From contig CBDDUX010000040.1 of NCBI GenBank assembly GCA_965234725.1, forward strand, positions 32,001-96,000: DNA of 64,000 bases. The letters are read 5' to 3'. Positions 9,473-21,200 of this stretch are shown piece by piece (position 1 is the stretch's first letter; each line of letters opens with the position of its first letter). Both the position numbers and the translations under genes were made by a program. The notes below the pieces were generated by a model, which saw only the letters and a program-made list of their open reading frames with translations, searched no databases and was not told where the DNA came from. The DNA comes from Thermoplasmatota archaeon. GTDB lineage: Archaea > Thermoplasmatota > Penumbrarchaeia > Penumbrarchaeales > Penumbrarchaeaceae.

Positions 9473-11077
9473 ATGCGGCCTCCCCTGGAACCAAGAGGAA
9501 CTCAGGAAGAGATGATGAAGGACCCCAAATGGAACGGGGTTCCACCTACTGGAAACAGGGAGATCTTCAACAAGTACCGATTCCTTGGCCTCCTTCTACT
9601 TGTTTTCGCGGTTAAGATCGTCATTTGGGGATTCTACCGTTTCATCACAGGGAATGTCTATCCCTTCACCATTCCAGAGCTGAACTTCGCCATGGGAACA
9701 TTCATGAAACCCATCCTTCAGCTTGGTCCTCTTCTCATCCTCTGGTGGTATGTGTTCAAAGAAAGGGGAAGCCCTTTCAGATTTACACGCAAGAACCTAG
9801 CTTCTTCACTCTTCTTCGGATTCCTCATGGCACTTGTCTTCTTCTTCGTGGCCACAGGTGTATATGTGGTCCACAATCTGATCATGGGATACGGGACGAA
9901 TTTCCATTTCGTTGCAGGATGGGACGAAGTCGGTTGGGGCCTGATAATCGCCATGATGTTCTCGTTCATGATCGGGACAGGACCTGCAGAGGAGCTCTTT
10001 TCCCGAGGATTCCTACAGGACCAGGCTGCCAGGGTATTCCCTCTGTGGCAGGCAATGACCTTTTCGGCAATTCTTTTTGCAATTGGTCATCTTCCGATCT
10101 CCATCCTGATGCACAAGATGCCATTTGACGAGATCATGTGGTACATGGCGGTCCTTGTGGTCATGGGATTCTTCTTCTCCATCATCTACCAGTGGTCCCG
10201 CAATATTATATTCCCCATACTCATCCATGGACTCTGGGACTGGTACCTTTCACTTTTTGCAATTAAGGGAGAGTTCACTTATGAATTTGCCCAGAATCCC
10301 GGGGCCTACTTCGGAATGGTGGATTTCATCAATACGGTGATCACCCTTGTCATACTCCTCCCTGTCTTCTACATGATATACCGCAAGTTCTGGAGGCGGG
10401 ATATCATCTCAACAGGATCTCCTGATGACACACCCAGGGAAAAGATCCGCCTTTTCCGCTGGTTAAAGGATCGGGATCATGGAGATTGGCCCTCAAGACC
10501 GGTCGTATTTACCGTCGCTATTACCGGAATATTCTGTTTGCTTATGATCCCATTCGCTGGTGTGATAGGTACCGATGATCCGAACCTCCAAATAGATAGA
10601 TATGAGGAGGGTGCCGGGGAGATGGTCCTGAAGGTGGAGCAATACAGGGTATTGGTAGGGGCTGAACTAAGCGACCATGAGATGAATACCACCTACCTCG
10701 GCTCCTCGAACTCCACGATAAACTGGGTCAATCTGACATTGACATGGGAGGACGAACCCGCAGCCGGACCAAGATATGTCAACAGACCTGACAGCTTCAA
10801 AATGACGCTAAGGGACGGTGACGGAAAGGAGCTCGATACCGTTCAGGGAAGTACAGGTGATCTGGACCTGATCTGGGTCGCAACCCTGGGAGAGGTTCCC
10901 CTTTCATTTGTGGAGATAGAGGTAGAGCTTCTTTCGACAGGTGACCAGGAACCGATCATCAATCCTCTGGGACTTCGTGAGGTCCAGGACACCCAGAACA
11001 CATTCGGACTTGACATCAAGTACGAGCTTCAGTTCAAGGAGAAGGGAGATCCGGAGGAATTGAACGTCAGATGGTGA
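9473..11077 (+). CDS. CPBP (CAAX/Rce1/Abi-like) intramembrane glutamic endopeptidase with extra C-terminal extracellular domain
   Basis: EELFSRG, FAIGH and HGLWD motifs in a multi-TM region; additional TM then a ~150-aa soluble domain. Confidence 0.85.
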   Translation: MRPPLEPRGTQEEMMKDPKWNGVPPTGNREIFNKYRFLGLLLLVFAVKIVIWGFYRFITGNVYPFTIPELNFAMGTFMKPILQLGPLLILWWYVFKERGSPFRFTRKNLASSLFFGFLMALVFFFVATGVYVVHNLIMGYGTNFHFVAGWDEVGWGLIIAMMFSFMIGTGPAEELFSRGFLQDQAARVFPLWQAMTFSAILFAIGHLPISILMHKMPFDEIMWYMAVLVVMGFFFSIIYQWSRNIIFPILIHGLWDWYLSLFAIKGEFTYEFAQNPGAYFGMVDFINTVITLVILLPVFYMIYRKFWRRDIISTGSPDDTPREKIRLFRWLKDRDHGDWPSRPVVFTVAITGIFCLLMIPFAGVIGTDDPNLQIDRYEEGAGEMVLKVEQYRVLVGAELSDHEMNTTYLGSSNSTINWVNLTLTWEDEPAAGPRYVNRPDSFKMTLRDGDGKELDTVQGSTGDLDLIWVATLGEVPLSFVEIEVELLSTGDQEPIINPLGLREVQDTQNTFGLDIKYELQFKEKGDPEELNVRW

Positions 11078-11166
11078 TCCATGTAAGATATTTGGAAATA
11101 GATCATTTCACCGATGTTGATCCTGCCATATACTGAGACGAAGTCCTCGGGGGGGAGGTGTTGATA

Positions 11167-11583
11167 ATGGAAAGAACAAAGGTCCTGTTCCTCTGCACAC
11201 ACAACTCATGCAGGTCCCAGATGGCGGAAGCACTGCTTCGTCACAAGTATGGTGATCGATACATCAGTTATAGTGCGGGTATTCAGGCGACCCGGGTAGA
11301 TACCAATGCTGTCAAGGTCCTGGAAGAACTTGGTATCGACTCCTCCGGGCTTCGCTCCAAGTTTGTTGACGAATTTATCGACATGGATATGGACTTGGTC
11401 GTGACGGTTTGCAATCATGCAAAGGAAGCGTGTCCCTTCTTCCCAGGAGCAAGGGAATTCATCCATAAAGGTTTCCGGGACCCTCCAGATCTTATCGAAC
11501 AGGGGATGGAAACTATCTGGGCCTTCAGGATGATAAGGGATGAGATCTCTGCCTGGTTGGATACCAAGTTCGGGGATCTATGA
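11167..11583 (+). CDS. arsC: thioredoxin-coupled arsenate reductase (LMW-PTP fold)
   Basis: LFLCTHNSCRSQMAE, VTVC...CPFFPG, FRDP; SD GGAGGTG. Confidence 0.9.
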   Translation: MERTKVLFLCTHNSCRSQMAEALLRHKYGDRYISYSAGIQATRVDTNAVKVLEELGIDSSGLRSKFVDEFIDMDMDLVVTVCNHAKEACPFFPGAREFIHKGFRDPPDLIEQGMETIWAFRMIRDEISAWLDTKFGDL

Positions 11584-11640
11584 TCCAAGATTATCATTCC
11601 GTCAAATGCATCATCGACAATCCAAATTTCATTATCGTTT

Positions 11641-12825
11641 CTACCTGGTAAGAGCCGTATATACCTCAAGCATTCGATCACCCATGACCTTCATGGTCCA
11701 CATCTTGGAATACTGGTAGGCTTCTTCAGCTTTCTTCCTGTAAAGATCTTCATCCGTAAGAAGTGAGATCACTCTTGAGGAGAACTCGTCCACATCCTCA
11801 TTGACCATGAATCCGCCGTTATCTCCTTTCATCACGTTCCTGGTTCCCATCTCTCCTATTGCCACCACAGGGGTTCCGCATATCATTGATTCGACGGTCA
11901 CAAGACCTTGTGTCTCGGTCTTTGAAGGGAATGTGAATATATCGGCCAGTGTGAATGCATATTTGATATCCTTCCGATCGATGTAACCCAGGAAGGATAT
12001 CCTATCGGATATCCCCATCTTCTCGGCCTTTTCCTTCATCTCTTCCTTCTGAGGTCCGTCCCCTACCATCATGAGATGAGCATCTGGCACCTTTTTCAGG
12101 ACCTTTTCAAGGACCGGAAGTAAAAATAAAACGTTCTTCTCTCCACCGATCCTGCCAACAAAGAGCAATCTCTTCCTGCCTTTGAGTTCGGGGAATGTTT
12201 CAAAGAACATTGAATTGTTTTTCTCTTCCTCTTTTGAGGTCCCTGAGAACTCCTCTTCCGGGATCCCGGTGGGAATGATGGTGATGTCCTTTTTAATTCC
12301 ATAGGACCTGAGGACGTCCTTCATCAACTTACTGGGTGTCAGTAATCTGTCATTCTTGTTGTAGAAGTTGAAGGTGTACCTCTTAGCTATCCACCTCGCA
12401 TTCCGGTCTGGAAGCCAGGGAGCGTAGTAGTGGATATACTGCTCGAAATAGGTATGGCAGGTCATGATCAGTGGTATTTTCTTTTCCAATGCATAGGACC
12501 TTACCATCCTTCCCAGATTGAACTCGGTCTGAACATGGATGATATCTGGTGATATGGACTCCAATCTCTTTCTGACCTCCCTCTTTTCCGATCTGTTCAC
12601 AAGGCGGTCCTCATCGGAGATAGGGGTCTTGTGGGCTTTGAACCTGTGGACATTGGTGTTTCCCATCTCCCTATCCTTCTCGTATCCTCCGGGGTATTCG
12701 GAAGCGAACACGTGGATAGTATGACCTCTCCTCTCCAGTTCATGCTTGAAGGAGTCAATTGAAACCGCCATCCCGCTGAACCTTGGCCAGTAGTTGTCAG
12801 TTGCATATACTATCTTGAATCCCAC
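11641..12825 (-). CDS. GT4 glycosyltransferase (diacylglycerol glucosyltransferase-like)
   Basis: TDNYWPRFSG, HTYFEQY, FVGRIGGEKN, FPSKTETQGLVTVESM; GTG at 12825 is the likely start. Confidence 0.9.
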   Translation of the reverse strand: MGFKIVYATDNYWPRFSGMAVSIDSFKHELERRGHTIHVFASEYPGGYEKDREMGNTNVHRFKAHKTPISDEDRLVNRSEKREVRKRLESISPDIIHVQTEFNLGRMVRSYALEKKIPLIMTCHTYFEQYIHYYAPWLPDRNARWIAKRYTFNFYNKNDRLLTPSKLMKDVLRSYGIKKDITIIPTGIPEEEFSGTSKEEEKNNSMFFETFPELKGRKRLLFVGRIGGEKNVLFLLPVLEKVLKKVPDAHLMMVGDGPQKEEMKEKAEKMGISDRISFLGYIDRKDIKYAFTLADIFTFPSKTETQGLVTVESMICGTPVVAIGEMGTRNVMKGDNGGFMVNEDVDEFSSRVISLLTDEDLYRKKAEEAYQYSKMWTMKVMGDRMLEVYTALTR

Positions 12826-12953
12826 GATGCATGATGGCAATGAAAATATAGATATGTGTCTTGAAGAAGGTTTCATACACCATTCAATAATCTTAAATAA
12901 TCCACCTGGAATCGATGTTTGATGGGGCTGATCTTTTGAGATATCACTTTCTG

Positions 12954-15236
12954 ATGAAGATAACAGTTATGCTGATCTTCATATCAGTTGTTTTCACATC
13001 AATATCTTACAATGCCATAGGGGATGAAAACCTCTCAATTTCAGAGGCATCATTCGGACTTCCACAGGAAACGGATTCATTCTCAACCGTGGAGGTTTTC
13101 GATTCGGATCGGGACGGTCTGGATGAGATCTTCATGGGAGGATCCGGATTCAGTGATGGAGATATCCGAACAGAAGGTATCAGAGCCTATGAATATGATA
13201 AGATCAGTGGGAGATGGGAACCCTTTGGATCAGGTCTTCCAGGTCCTGGATCGGGTGTGTACTACGGGGCTATCGCACTGGGCGATGTAAATGGCGATGG
13301 GAATATGGACATTTCAGCCCCGAAACCATCCAGATGGTATGATATTGATTATTCCGAGAACGGAGTGGATATCTACACCGGTAACGGACAGGGTAGTTTC
13401 GAGTTCACCCATACGATCCCTCTTGACGATTCTCAGCTCGGTTCCTCAAATGAGGTTGAGGTAGCTGACCTGGACGATGACGGTTTCACGGACATAATAG
13501 TCTCCACATATTCTGGCATCAAGGTATTCTTCGGAGATGGTTCGGGAACCAGATGGAACGAACAGAGTCCACCTCATCTGAAAAGTACAGAGATATCTGG
13601 GGTAGGTATCGGTGACCTGAACAAGGACGGTCTTCTGGACATTGTGGGTACACCCTATCAGAGGTCCGAGGATGTAGAGATGTATGTGCAGGGGAATCTC
13701 AGGAGCTGGAGAGATGTCCCGTTTAAGCAGACCACCGCAGGTTTCGGTACAAAGATCCTTGATGTGGACCTCGATGGCAACAACGATGTTGTCTACGGGA
13801 CCTTGGATGAGGGGATCAAAGTCTGGTTGGGCCAGGGAGAGGTAACTCTCACCAGCTTTCCTTGTACTGAGGGTGATGAGGGTCTTCCCACAACAGACGG
13901 CCAATGGGACCAGGTGGAACTCTCTGATATCAATGGTGACGGAAAACCTGACCTGATAGCAGCGATCAACTCAAGACCAACAGTCCATTGTTTCATCAAT
14001 GATCTGCCCAGTGGCTGGTATGAGGTATTCACCGGTGATGAGGAGCTGTACGTCGGTGGTCAAGCTTACGGGGCTAATTTCGGAGACTGGAATGGTGACG
14101 GTCAGATGGATATTGGAGCCTGCTCATGGGAAGACGGGGCTGATGCCTGGCTTCTTTCCTCCCTACAAGGAACATCTCCTGTTGCGGATGCCGGATCTGA
14201 CCGGACCGTGGATATTGGTGTTAAGGTGATACTTGACGGGTCCGGAAGCCGGGATCCTGACGGAGAGATCATTGAATGGGAGTGGGATTGCACATCTCAT
14301 GATGTGGATCTGGAAGATGCCGAAACATCCTCACCAAGCTTCACACCCTCCGAGGAGGGTATCTATGTCTTCAATCTCAGGGTCATGGACGATGATGACG
14401 AATGGTCACAGACCTCCACTGTAAGGATAACCGTAATCGATCCCACCCGGAATATCAAACCAGTAGCCTATGCTGGTGCTCCCCAACATGTAAACGTTGA
14501 TGACCTTGTCGAACTTGATGGGTCCGGTTCAACAGATATGGATGGAAGCATTGTTGAATGGCAGTGGACCTGCACATCCCATAATGGTATATCACTTGAA
14601 GATGCAGATACAGCTTATCCCTCCTTCATACCAGATAAGGAAGGGACCTACAGGTTCCGATTGATAGTTACCGATGATGATGGTGATGATTCCGATCCGG
14701 ACCAGGTAACAGTTGAAGCATCCTACCAGGTATTCTATCCTCGATTGGGACCATTCAACTATGAGAACGGAGAACCATTGTCGGGTGCAGATGTCATTTT
14801 AACCAGTGGTTCCGATGAAAAGAGGTCCATCACAGATGAAAATGGATATGCCACATTTGAGATGGGATTGATCGAAGGGACTTATACGTGTGTTGTGGAA
14901 AGGGATGGAGAGGTCCTGATAAAAGGCCTTTCGATAACCATTGCCTCCAACGGCAGGGTAACATATGGTGGAGGGTCCATTCCTGAAATTCCTGTAGATG
15001 AGGGGAACAGTAATACCATTTTCATCATCATTATCGCCGGGATCGTTGTGTTTGCCATATTGACGATCGTGGTTTTCATGCTTGTCAGAAGGAGCGGAAA
15101 GGAGGATTTTATTGAGGTGGAGGTCTCCGATCAAGGGGGTGCTTATGCCTGTGAAAATTGTGGAACAACTCTGACCTACATGACAGACTTCAATATGTAC
15201 TACTGCAGCAGCTGCGACAAATACGCAGGACAGTAG
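12954..15236 (+). CDS. secreted FG-GAP/VCBS repeat + 2 PKD-like domain protein with C-terminal TM anchor and cytoplasmic Zn ribbon
   Basis: signal peptide; repeated GDxNxDGxxDI; PVADAG...LDGSGSxDxDG twice; TM; CENC...CSSC. Confidence 0.85.
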   Translation: MKITVMLIFISVVFTSISYNAIGDENLSISEASFGLPQETDSFSTVEVFDSDRDGLDEIFMGGSGFSDGDIRTEGIRAYEYDKISGRWEPFGSGLPGPGSGVYYGAIALGDVNGDGNMDISAPKPSRWYDIDYSENGVDIYTGNGQGSFEFTHTIPLDDSQLGSSNEVEVADLDDDGFTDIIVSTYSGIKVFFGDGSGTRWNEQSPPHLKSTEISGVGIGDLNKDGLLDIVGTPYQRSEDVEMYVQGNLRSWRDVPFKQTTAGFGTKILDVDLDGNNDVVYGTLDEGIKVWLGQGEVTLTSFPCTEGDEGLPTTDGQWDQVELSDINGDGKPDLIAAINSRPTVHCFINDLPSGWYEVFTGDEELYVGGQAYGANFGDWNGDGQMDIGACSWEDGADAWLLSSLQGTSPVADAGSDRTVDIGVKVILDGSGSRDPDGEIIEWEWDCTSHDVDLEDAETSSPSFTPSEEGIYVFNLRVMDDDDEWSQTSTVRITVIDPTRNIKPVAYAGAPQHVNVDDLVELDGSGSTDMDGSIVEWQWTCTSHNGISLEDADTAYPSFIPDKEGTYRFRLIVTDDDGDDSDPDQVTVEASYQVFYPRLGPFNYENGEPLSGADVILTSGSDEKRSITDENGYATFEMGLIEGTYTCVVERDGEVLIKGLSITIASNGRVTYGGGSIPEIPVDEGNSNTIFIIIIAGIVVFAILTIVVFMLVRRSGKEDFIEVEVSDQGGAYACENCGTTLTYMTDFNMYYCSSCDKYAGQ

Positions 15237-15268
15237 GAGTCTCTTTGCTGAAGGTATATAACAGGAAA

Positions 15269-18200
15269 TCATTCCTCATCTTCCGCCGGTCTGCTTCTCC
15301 TCGATATAATGATGATAGCGGAGATCGAGATGAGCAGGATCACAAGTATAAGGATGATTATCCAGATCATATTTCCGTTGTCATCATCATCCGATCCGGG
15401 TTCATCTATAGGTGGTTCTTCGCTTTTCAATGATAAGGCCGGTGGTCCTTCTTCCAGAAGGCCTTCCATTGTGATCTTCGTGCTGTATTGGATCGGTTCG
15501 TAACCATCCAGAGAGATCGAGATATTAACATCCGAACCAAGAAGGTCCTTCGAAAGGTTGAATTCGGCAATACCGTCCGGACCTGTGTTGTTTTCCAGGG
15601 TGAGGGTACTAATTGTGATGACGATCCTGCAATTATCCAGGAAAGAACCCGTTTCATTCCTTATCGGACCTATGGATAGAATGAAGTGGACTGTAACATT
15701 ATCGATCACATCCTGGATCTTAACCATGGGAGGTGGTAATGTTTCCAGCAAACCCTCCTTTGTAATATTGGTGGAGTAGGTAAGGTTCTGATAACCTTCC
15801 TTGAAAAGGGTGATAACAACAGGAATACCATAGGATGATCTTGCAAGGATGAAGTATGTATTCCCATCCAGGTCTGATAGGGAACTATCTTCAAACCCTT
15901 CCAAGGAGATCGATACCGAGACATTATCCAGGACCGTTCCGTTCTCATCGATTATCGGTCCAATGGTCAGTGAGTAATTACCAATTTCAAACGCTTCTCC
16001 TGCGATCCCAAATATCGAAAAATGATCCAGATCGATCTGGATATAACCCGCATAATCCATCCCATTCAAGTTGAGATCGGTGGTGTTCACCCTTGAGATC
16101 GAGGAAAGGTTCATCCAGGTTCCATTCTCCAACCTGTAGATCGTGAGAGTGGATTCATCTATATCGCCCGTATCATCGGCATCCCCGTCATTATTTCTGT
16201 CCAGATCATCGACAGTGTAATAGATCCTCAGTTCCGCCCAGCTGACCTCCACATCTCCGGTAAGGTCCACCTGTATGAACCTGTCAATTGGATATCGATC
16301 GAGAGGTATCCCTGAAGATACTTTCATTGGTGTCGGTGGATCCATAAGGTGGGTCAATTCCAGTTTAGCTGTTGAATTTCCTTTGAATTCACAGAAGAGA
16401 GCGGCATCCACAGCTCTGGTAAGGTCCAATGAATCGAAGTTGATGAATCCCACGGGAGTCATGTAATCAGAGACCACGTGACCGGACTCAACGGACATCA
16501 TTATGCTCTTGAATATTCCAAGGATCCTGTTGTGGTCGTTTTGGAGTGGTTTCGAAATAAGTATCACCGTCTGGTTAGGGGACCATACACCGTATCTGAC
16601 AACACACCTATTCTCCATGGAAGAGTTCATGGCCTCAAGAAGATAAGGAGTATCTTTCAGGAGTTGATAGATCAGATTTCCGGATGTTCCCTGATCCATC
16701 GATGGTTTCCCGACGATAACGATATACTGATCCGTTATCCCCTCAGCCTCGTCAGGAGCCAGCTCATTGATGATAACGGAACCCTGTCCGGAAAGGCCGT
16801 TCTTCAGCATATCCGAGTCCTTTGTACTATCTGAGATGAAGGTTATATTTTCAAGCTCCACTGTGAAATCAAGGTCAGATCCATCCGGGATACCATCCCC
16901 ATCCGAATCCCTACTGAATGGATTGTATCCGATCTCCAGCTCTCTGGAGTCCAACATCCCGTCCCCGTCTGTGTCGTTGTTTATAGGATTCAGCTTCATC
17001 TCTATCTCGAAACCATCCGGAAGAAGGTCCCCGTCGCTGTCTCCAGAGGTTGGATCGGTTTCGTATATCATCTCTATTCCATCCGGGATCCCATCGCCAT
17101 CATCATCGGATTTGTAGGCATTAGTACCCAATTCCAACTCCTCATTATCAAAGAGGGAATCCCTGTCCGGATCCGGGTCCAGAGGATCATAGCCCATTTG
17201 TTTCTCCTCGTTATCGCTCAATCCGTCATCGTCGGTATCGGGATCCCTGGGATTGGTTCCTAAAAGGAATTCCCACTTATCGCTCAGCCCGTCCCCGTCG
17301 GTATCATAAAGTAGAGGATCACCACCCCATGCCAGTTCAAGGGAATCGCTCAATGTATCCCGGTCGGAATCGAAATGAAGCGGATCGGTCCCATTCTCCA
17401 ATTCGAAGAGGTCACCGAGTCCATCCCTGTCCGTATCCGTGGAATTGGGATCTGTTAAAAGGTACTTTTCGTAGGAATCATTCAAACCATCATCGTCCGT
17501 GTCAAAGATCTTCGGACTGGAGAGGACGATCTCTGAGACATCTCCCTCGGGGGTTGTCGAGTTGCATAACCACCCGACCATTTCCTCGTCATCCGGAAGA
17601 CCGTCAGAATCCGTATCATCCGCAACGAGGTCCTCATCGACCCTGTGAAGGGTAGTCAGCATATCGAAAAGAATGATCCTCCCTTTGTAGGTGCCTGAAC
17701 CTGTATTTCCACCCACATAGATCTTATCATCATCACCAACATAGATGGAGGTCTCGGAAAGACCTGTATTCCATTCTGCCAGCATTCTTCTGTTCCTGTC
17801 GAAGACCTGTATCCTATCGTATGTCTGGTCCTCGTCACAGATGTAAATATTGTCATCTTTATCGATGAAAATATCTCCCGGTTTTCCAAACTGGGGGACC
17901 TGCCAGGTGAAGTTCTCTGTCAGGTCAGGATTGTATACATGTACAACCCTATTCTTGATATCTAACAGGAAGATATCTCCAAAACTGTTGACAGCAATTG
18001 AATTGCCCTCCAATGCTCCGATACTGCCGGGTCCGGAGTAATAGGGTAACTGTTTGTAACGAAGTTCCGTTCCATTCGGGTCGAAGACCACAATGTACGG
18101 CCATTCTCCTGGACCTATCCCCATTGCATAAACATTGTCCTCCTCATCCACCCACATCGTTGAAACGGTCCCGATATGATTATTGTACCATTTCGCTTTG

Positions 18201-21200
18201 ATATTGCCGTTCGTATCTAACAGATATAATTTGATATTACCGTCCCATCCATATGTACCCACATAGACCGTTCCGTTCGGTCCGATGAATACGGATGAGA
18301 CCTCATCAAGATATGTATCGCTCCACTGCGTGAATTTCACGGCCCATTTGTAGTACCCATCCTTATCGATCTTCAACAGGTAATCGCTGCTGTAACCCTT
18401 TATGTAGAAACTTCCATCCGGTCCGACTGCCATTTCATTGCACTCGGCGAATTTCCTTGATTCGTCATCGCCTATGACCTCATCTTCAACGATATCTATG
18501 GTGGTATAATCCGTCAAAAGATCGTTTGTACCATTACCGTCGGTATCCATTGATAACGGATTCAGGTTGCAGTAGAATTCCATTAGATCATTGATACCGT
18601 CTCCATCGGTGTCATTCAATGTCGGATCGGATACTATATGCCAGTAGAATGGGGTCCCGTCATAAGTGAAATTGACGACCCAACCTTCCAGTTCCAGATA
18701 ATCGGTGAGCCCATCATTATCCGTGTCATCGTTCCGAAGGTCCATCCCTTTCTTGACCTCTAATCTATCGTTCAATCCGTCCAGGTCCGTATCTGGATCG
18801 GTGGGATCATATCCCATTTCAAGCTCGTAAGGATCACCAAGACCATCCCCGTCCGAATCCCATTTCCACTGACTGGTTCCTATCTCCTGGGATGCATTCA
18901 GTGTATCTCCATCCGGATCTGACCTCTTCAGATATCCCCATCTTGAAAGGTCATCCATGTTCTCGGGCATTATGTCGAAGTACATTGTATCCATTTGAGA
19001 ATAATCCGTATCTGTAACATTCTTCCTCTCCCAGAGTCCTGGGAACCAGAAGGCAACGTAATTGTATTCCTCGTAGAAGACCTTGTATTCCGTTTTAAAA
19101 ATGGTGGAAACAGGATAATTGATCATTCCGAATCCCGGCTCTACGTATGCTCCGATCTCCCATTGTGTGTCCTTTCTCTGATCGGTCTCTGTCTCTTTTA
19201 TCACATTTTGATAAGTGCCTCTCTTCGACCATTTCGTTCCAGTATAGCCTGCTTCGGCGGGTTTTGAAGGAACATAGATGATGTAACCGGGTTTGATGTA
19301 TCCTTCTTCGACATCTTCCTTACCACCCCATCTGGTCCTCACAACCGATGTGTTGACAATACTTTCCATTTCGAACCTGTCACCGGCATCAAGGCCGTTA
19401 CCGGTCCTATCGATCATGTCCATTGAAGTGGAGACGATCTCCAGGTCCAGGTCGCAGAATGTCCTTGCCCCTGCTACAAGTCCCAGGATCCAGTTCATGA
19501 TGATATCCTGATAGCCCGAGACCCCAGGGATCCATGTCAGGATCAGGTCCACAAGGTCTGCAATGAGCATTATGATCCCAATAATGGTCCCGACAATAGG
19601 GATCAGTCCGATCAAGAACATGACGATGGAATATCCCATCTGGAGCATGAACTGTGCCGTAGCAACAGAAGCCGAGAAAGCATCCCAGCCGTTGCTGCAG
19701 CATATCATGATAAGGTTGAAGACACCGATCCCGTAATCAATGATGAGGCCCACTATATCGAGTATAGGACCTATGGTGTCAAGGAATTTCAGGACATCCT
19801 TTACCGTGTCCACGACCTTCACGATCTTGAGTGCGGTAATGATCGATTTCAATCCGTCCCCAATATAACTCCCGGCCTTGGCAAGGATATCCACCTTTGC
19901 TCCAATTTCGATGATATCCTTGAAACCGCCCATGATGGTCATGGGTGCTCCAACCAACCATTTGGCAGTGTTGAATATGTTCATTCCAATGGTGTATGCG
20001 TCCAGGTTGACCTCGGGAACATTCCAGTTGGTAACCTGGTCACCAACGGAAATTACCGTGGAATCCCCGATCGCCCAGAACAACAACAGTGATGCTGTAT
20101 CCGTTCCCGTGTTCCTGTTCAATCCCCAGGAGGCAACCTCACCGATCAATTCACCAGGGTCAAGGGGATCTGTAGAGGGAGCCTCATACCAGGTGGTCTT
20201 CATCATCCTCGATCTGATCACTGGCTCATTTCCAAGGTCTATCACAAAGGACCGTCCGTCTATGGGATCAAGGTCTCTGAGATCCATGATGGAGGAGGAA
20301 TCCTCAATTAAGGTGATCAATGGGAGTATGCTTTCATCAGGGAGGGTTGAAACGGCCTCTCCGGAAATGCGATTGATAGAATCAAGAAGTGCTTCATCCT
20401 GGTGATCGTAAGTTCCCTCTACGCTGTCAAGAGTGAGGTTCTTATCACTCAGCACGGATTTAATATCACCCATCTGGAACGTATCATTCCTCATGAAATC
20501 CCTTGATAATATCACAAGGGACATCAAAAGTTCCTCAAGGTCATTACCGTAAAAAACACCCAATTCGGTTCCGAAGTTCTCCGATGCCCTCAATCCGACG
20601 ATGGAGAATTTTTCGGGATATGTAATAAGGTTGATCATCTGAGTCTTGATACCTGCATCCTCTATCTTGAACTTGGAATTCTCACCGGAAGAGGAGGTGG
20701 AGGTTTTCAATGTTCCATCGGTCTGGAGGGTAAGGTATTTTCCAGTGTTGGTAATCAGATATTCAAGGTCCCCTGCCGGCGATCTCTGGAACTTGCAGTT
20801 ATCTCCGAGTTCGTTCCAGGATGCAGTGAGGAACCCCGATCCATCGGTTCCAAGATAATTCCCGTTCATTGCTTTGAAGGCTATCTGGTCCGATCCCAGT
20901 TCCTCAATGACGAATCCCTGATGGTCAGATATTGAGGATGCATTTGCATTGGGTTTTCCGTTATCCGCAGATGAAAGGTATTTCCCGTTGTTTGCTTTGA
21001 TGGAACTTACCTTTTGATCGGTATTGGCGGTCACTGACCATTCGAAGGAGAGGTCCAGGTCAAGGTCGGTCGGTTCCCCGGCGGGGATGAACATCTTCCC
21101 CCTGAGTGCAACGATCTGGCCGTATTCCCTCTCAGGGAACATCGGGATGATGCATGTATCTCCATCCACCACAATTCCATAATCTATCACATCATCCTGG

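Noticed and set aside
16870..17620. Periodic ATCCGT/CCATC-type repeats that could suggest a CRISPR array or DNA repeat
   Set aside because: They are codons of DxDxDG protein repeats; there is no fixed-length identical repeat with spacers.
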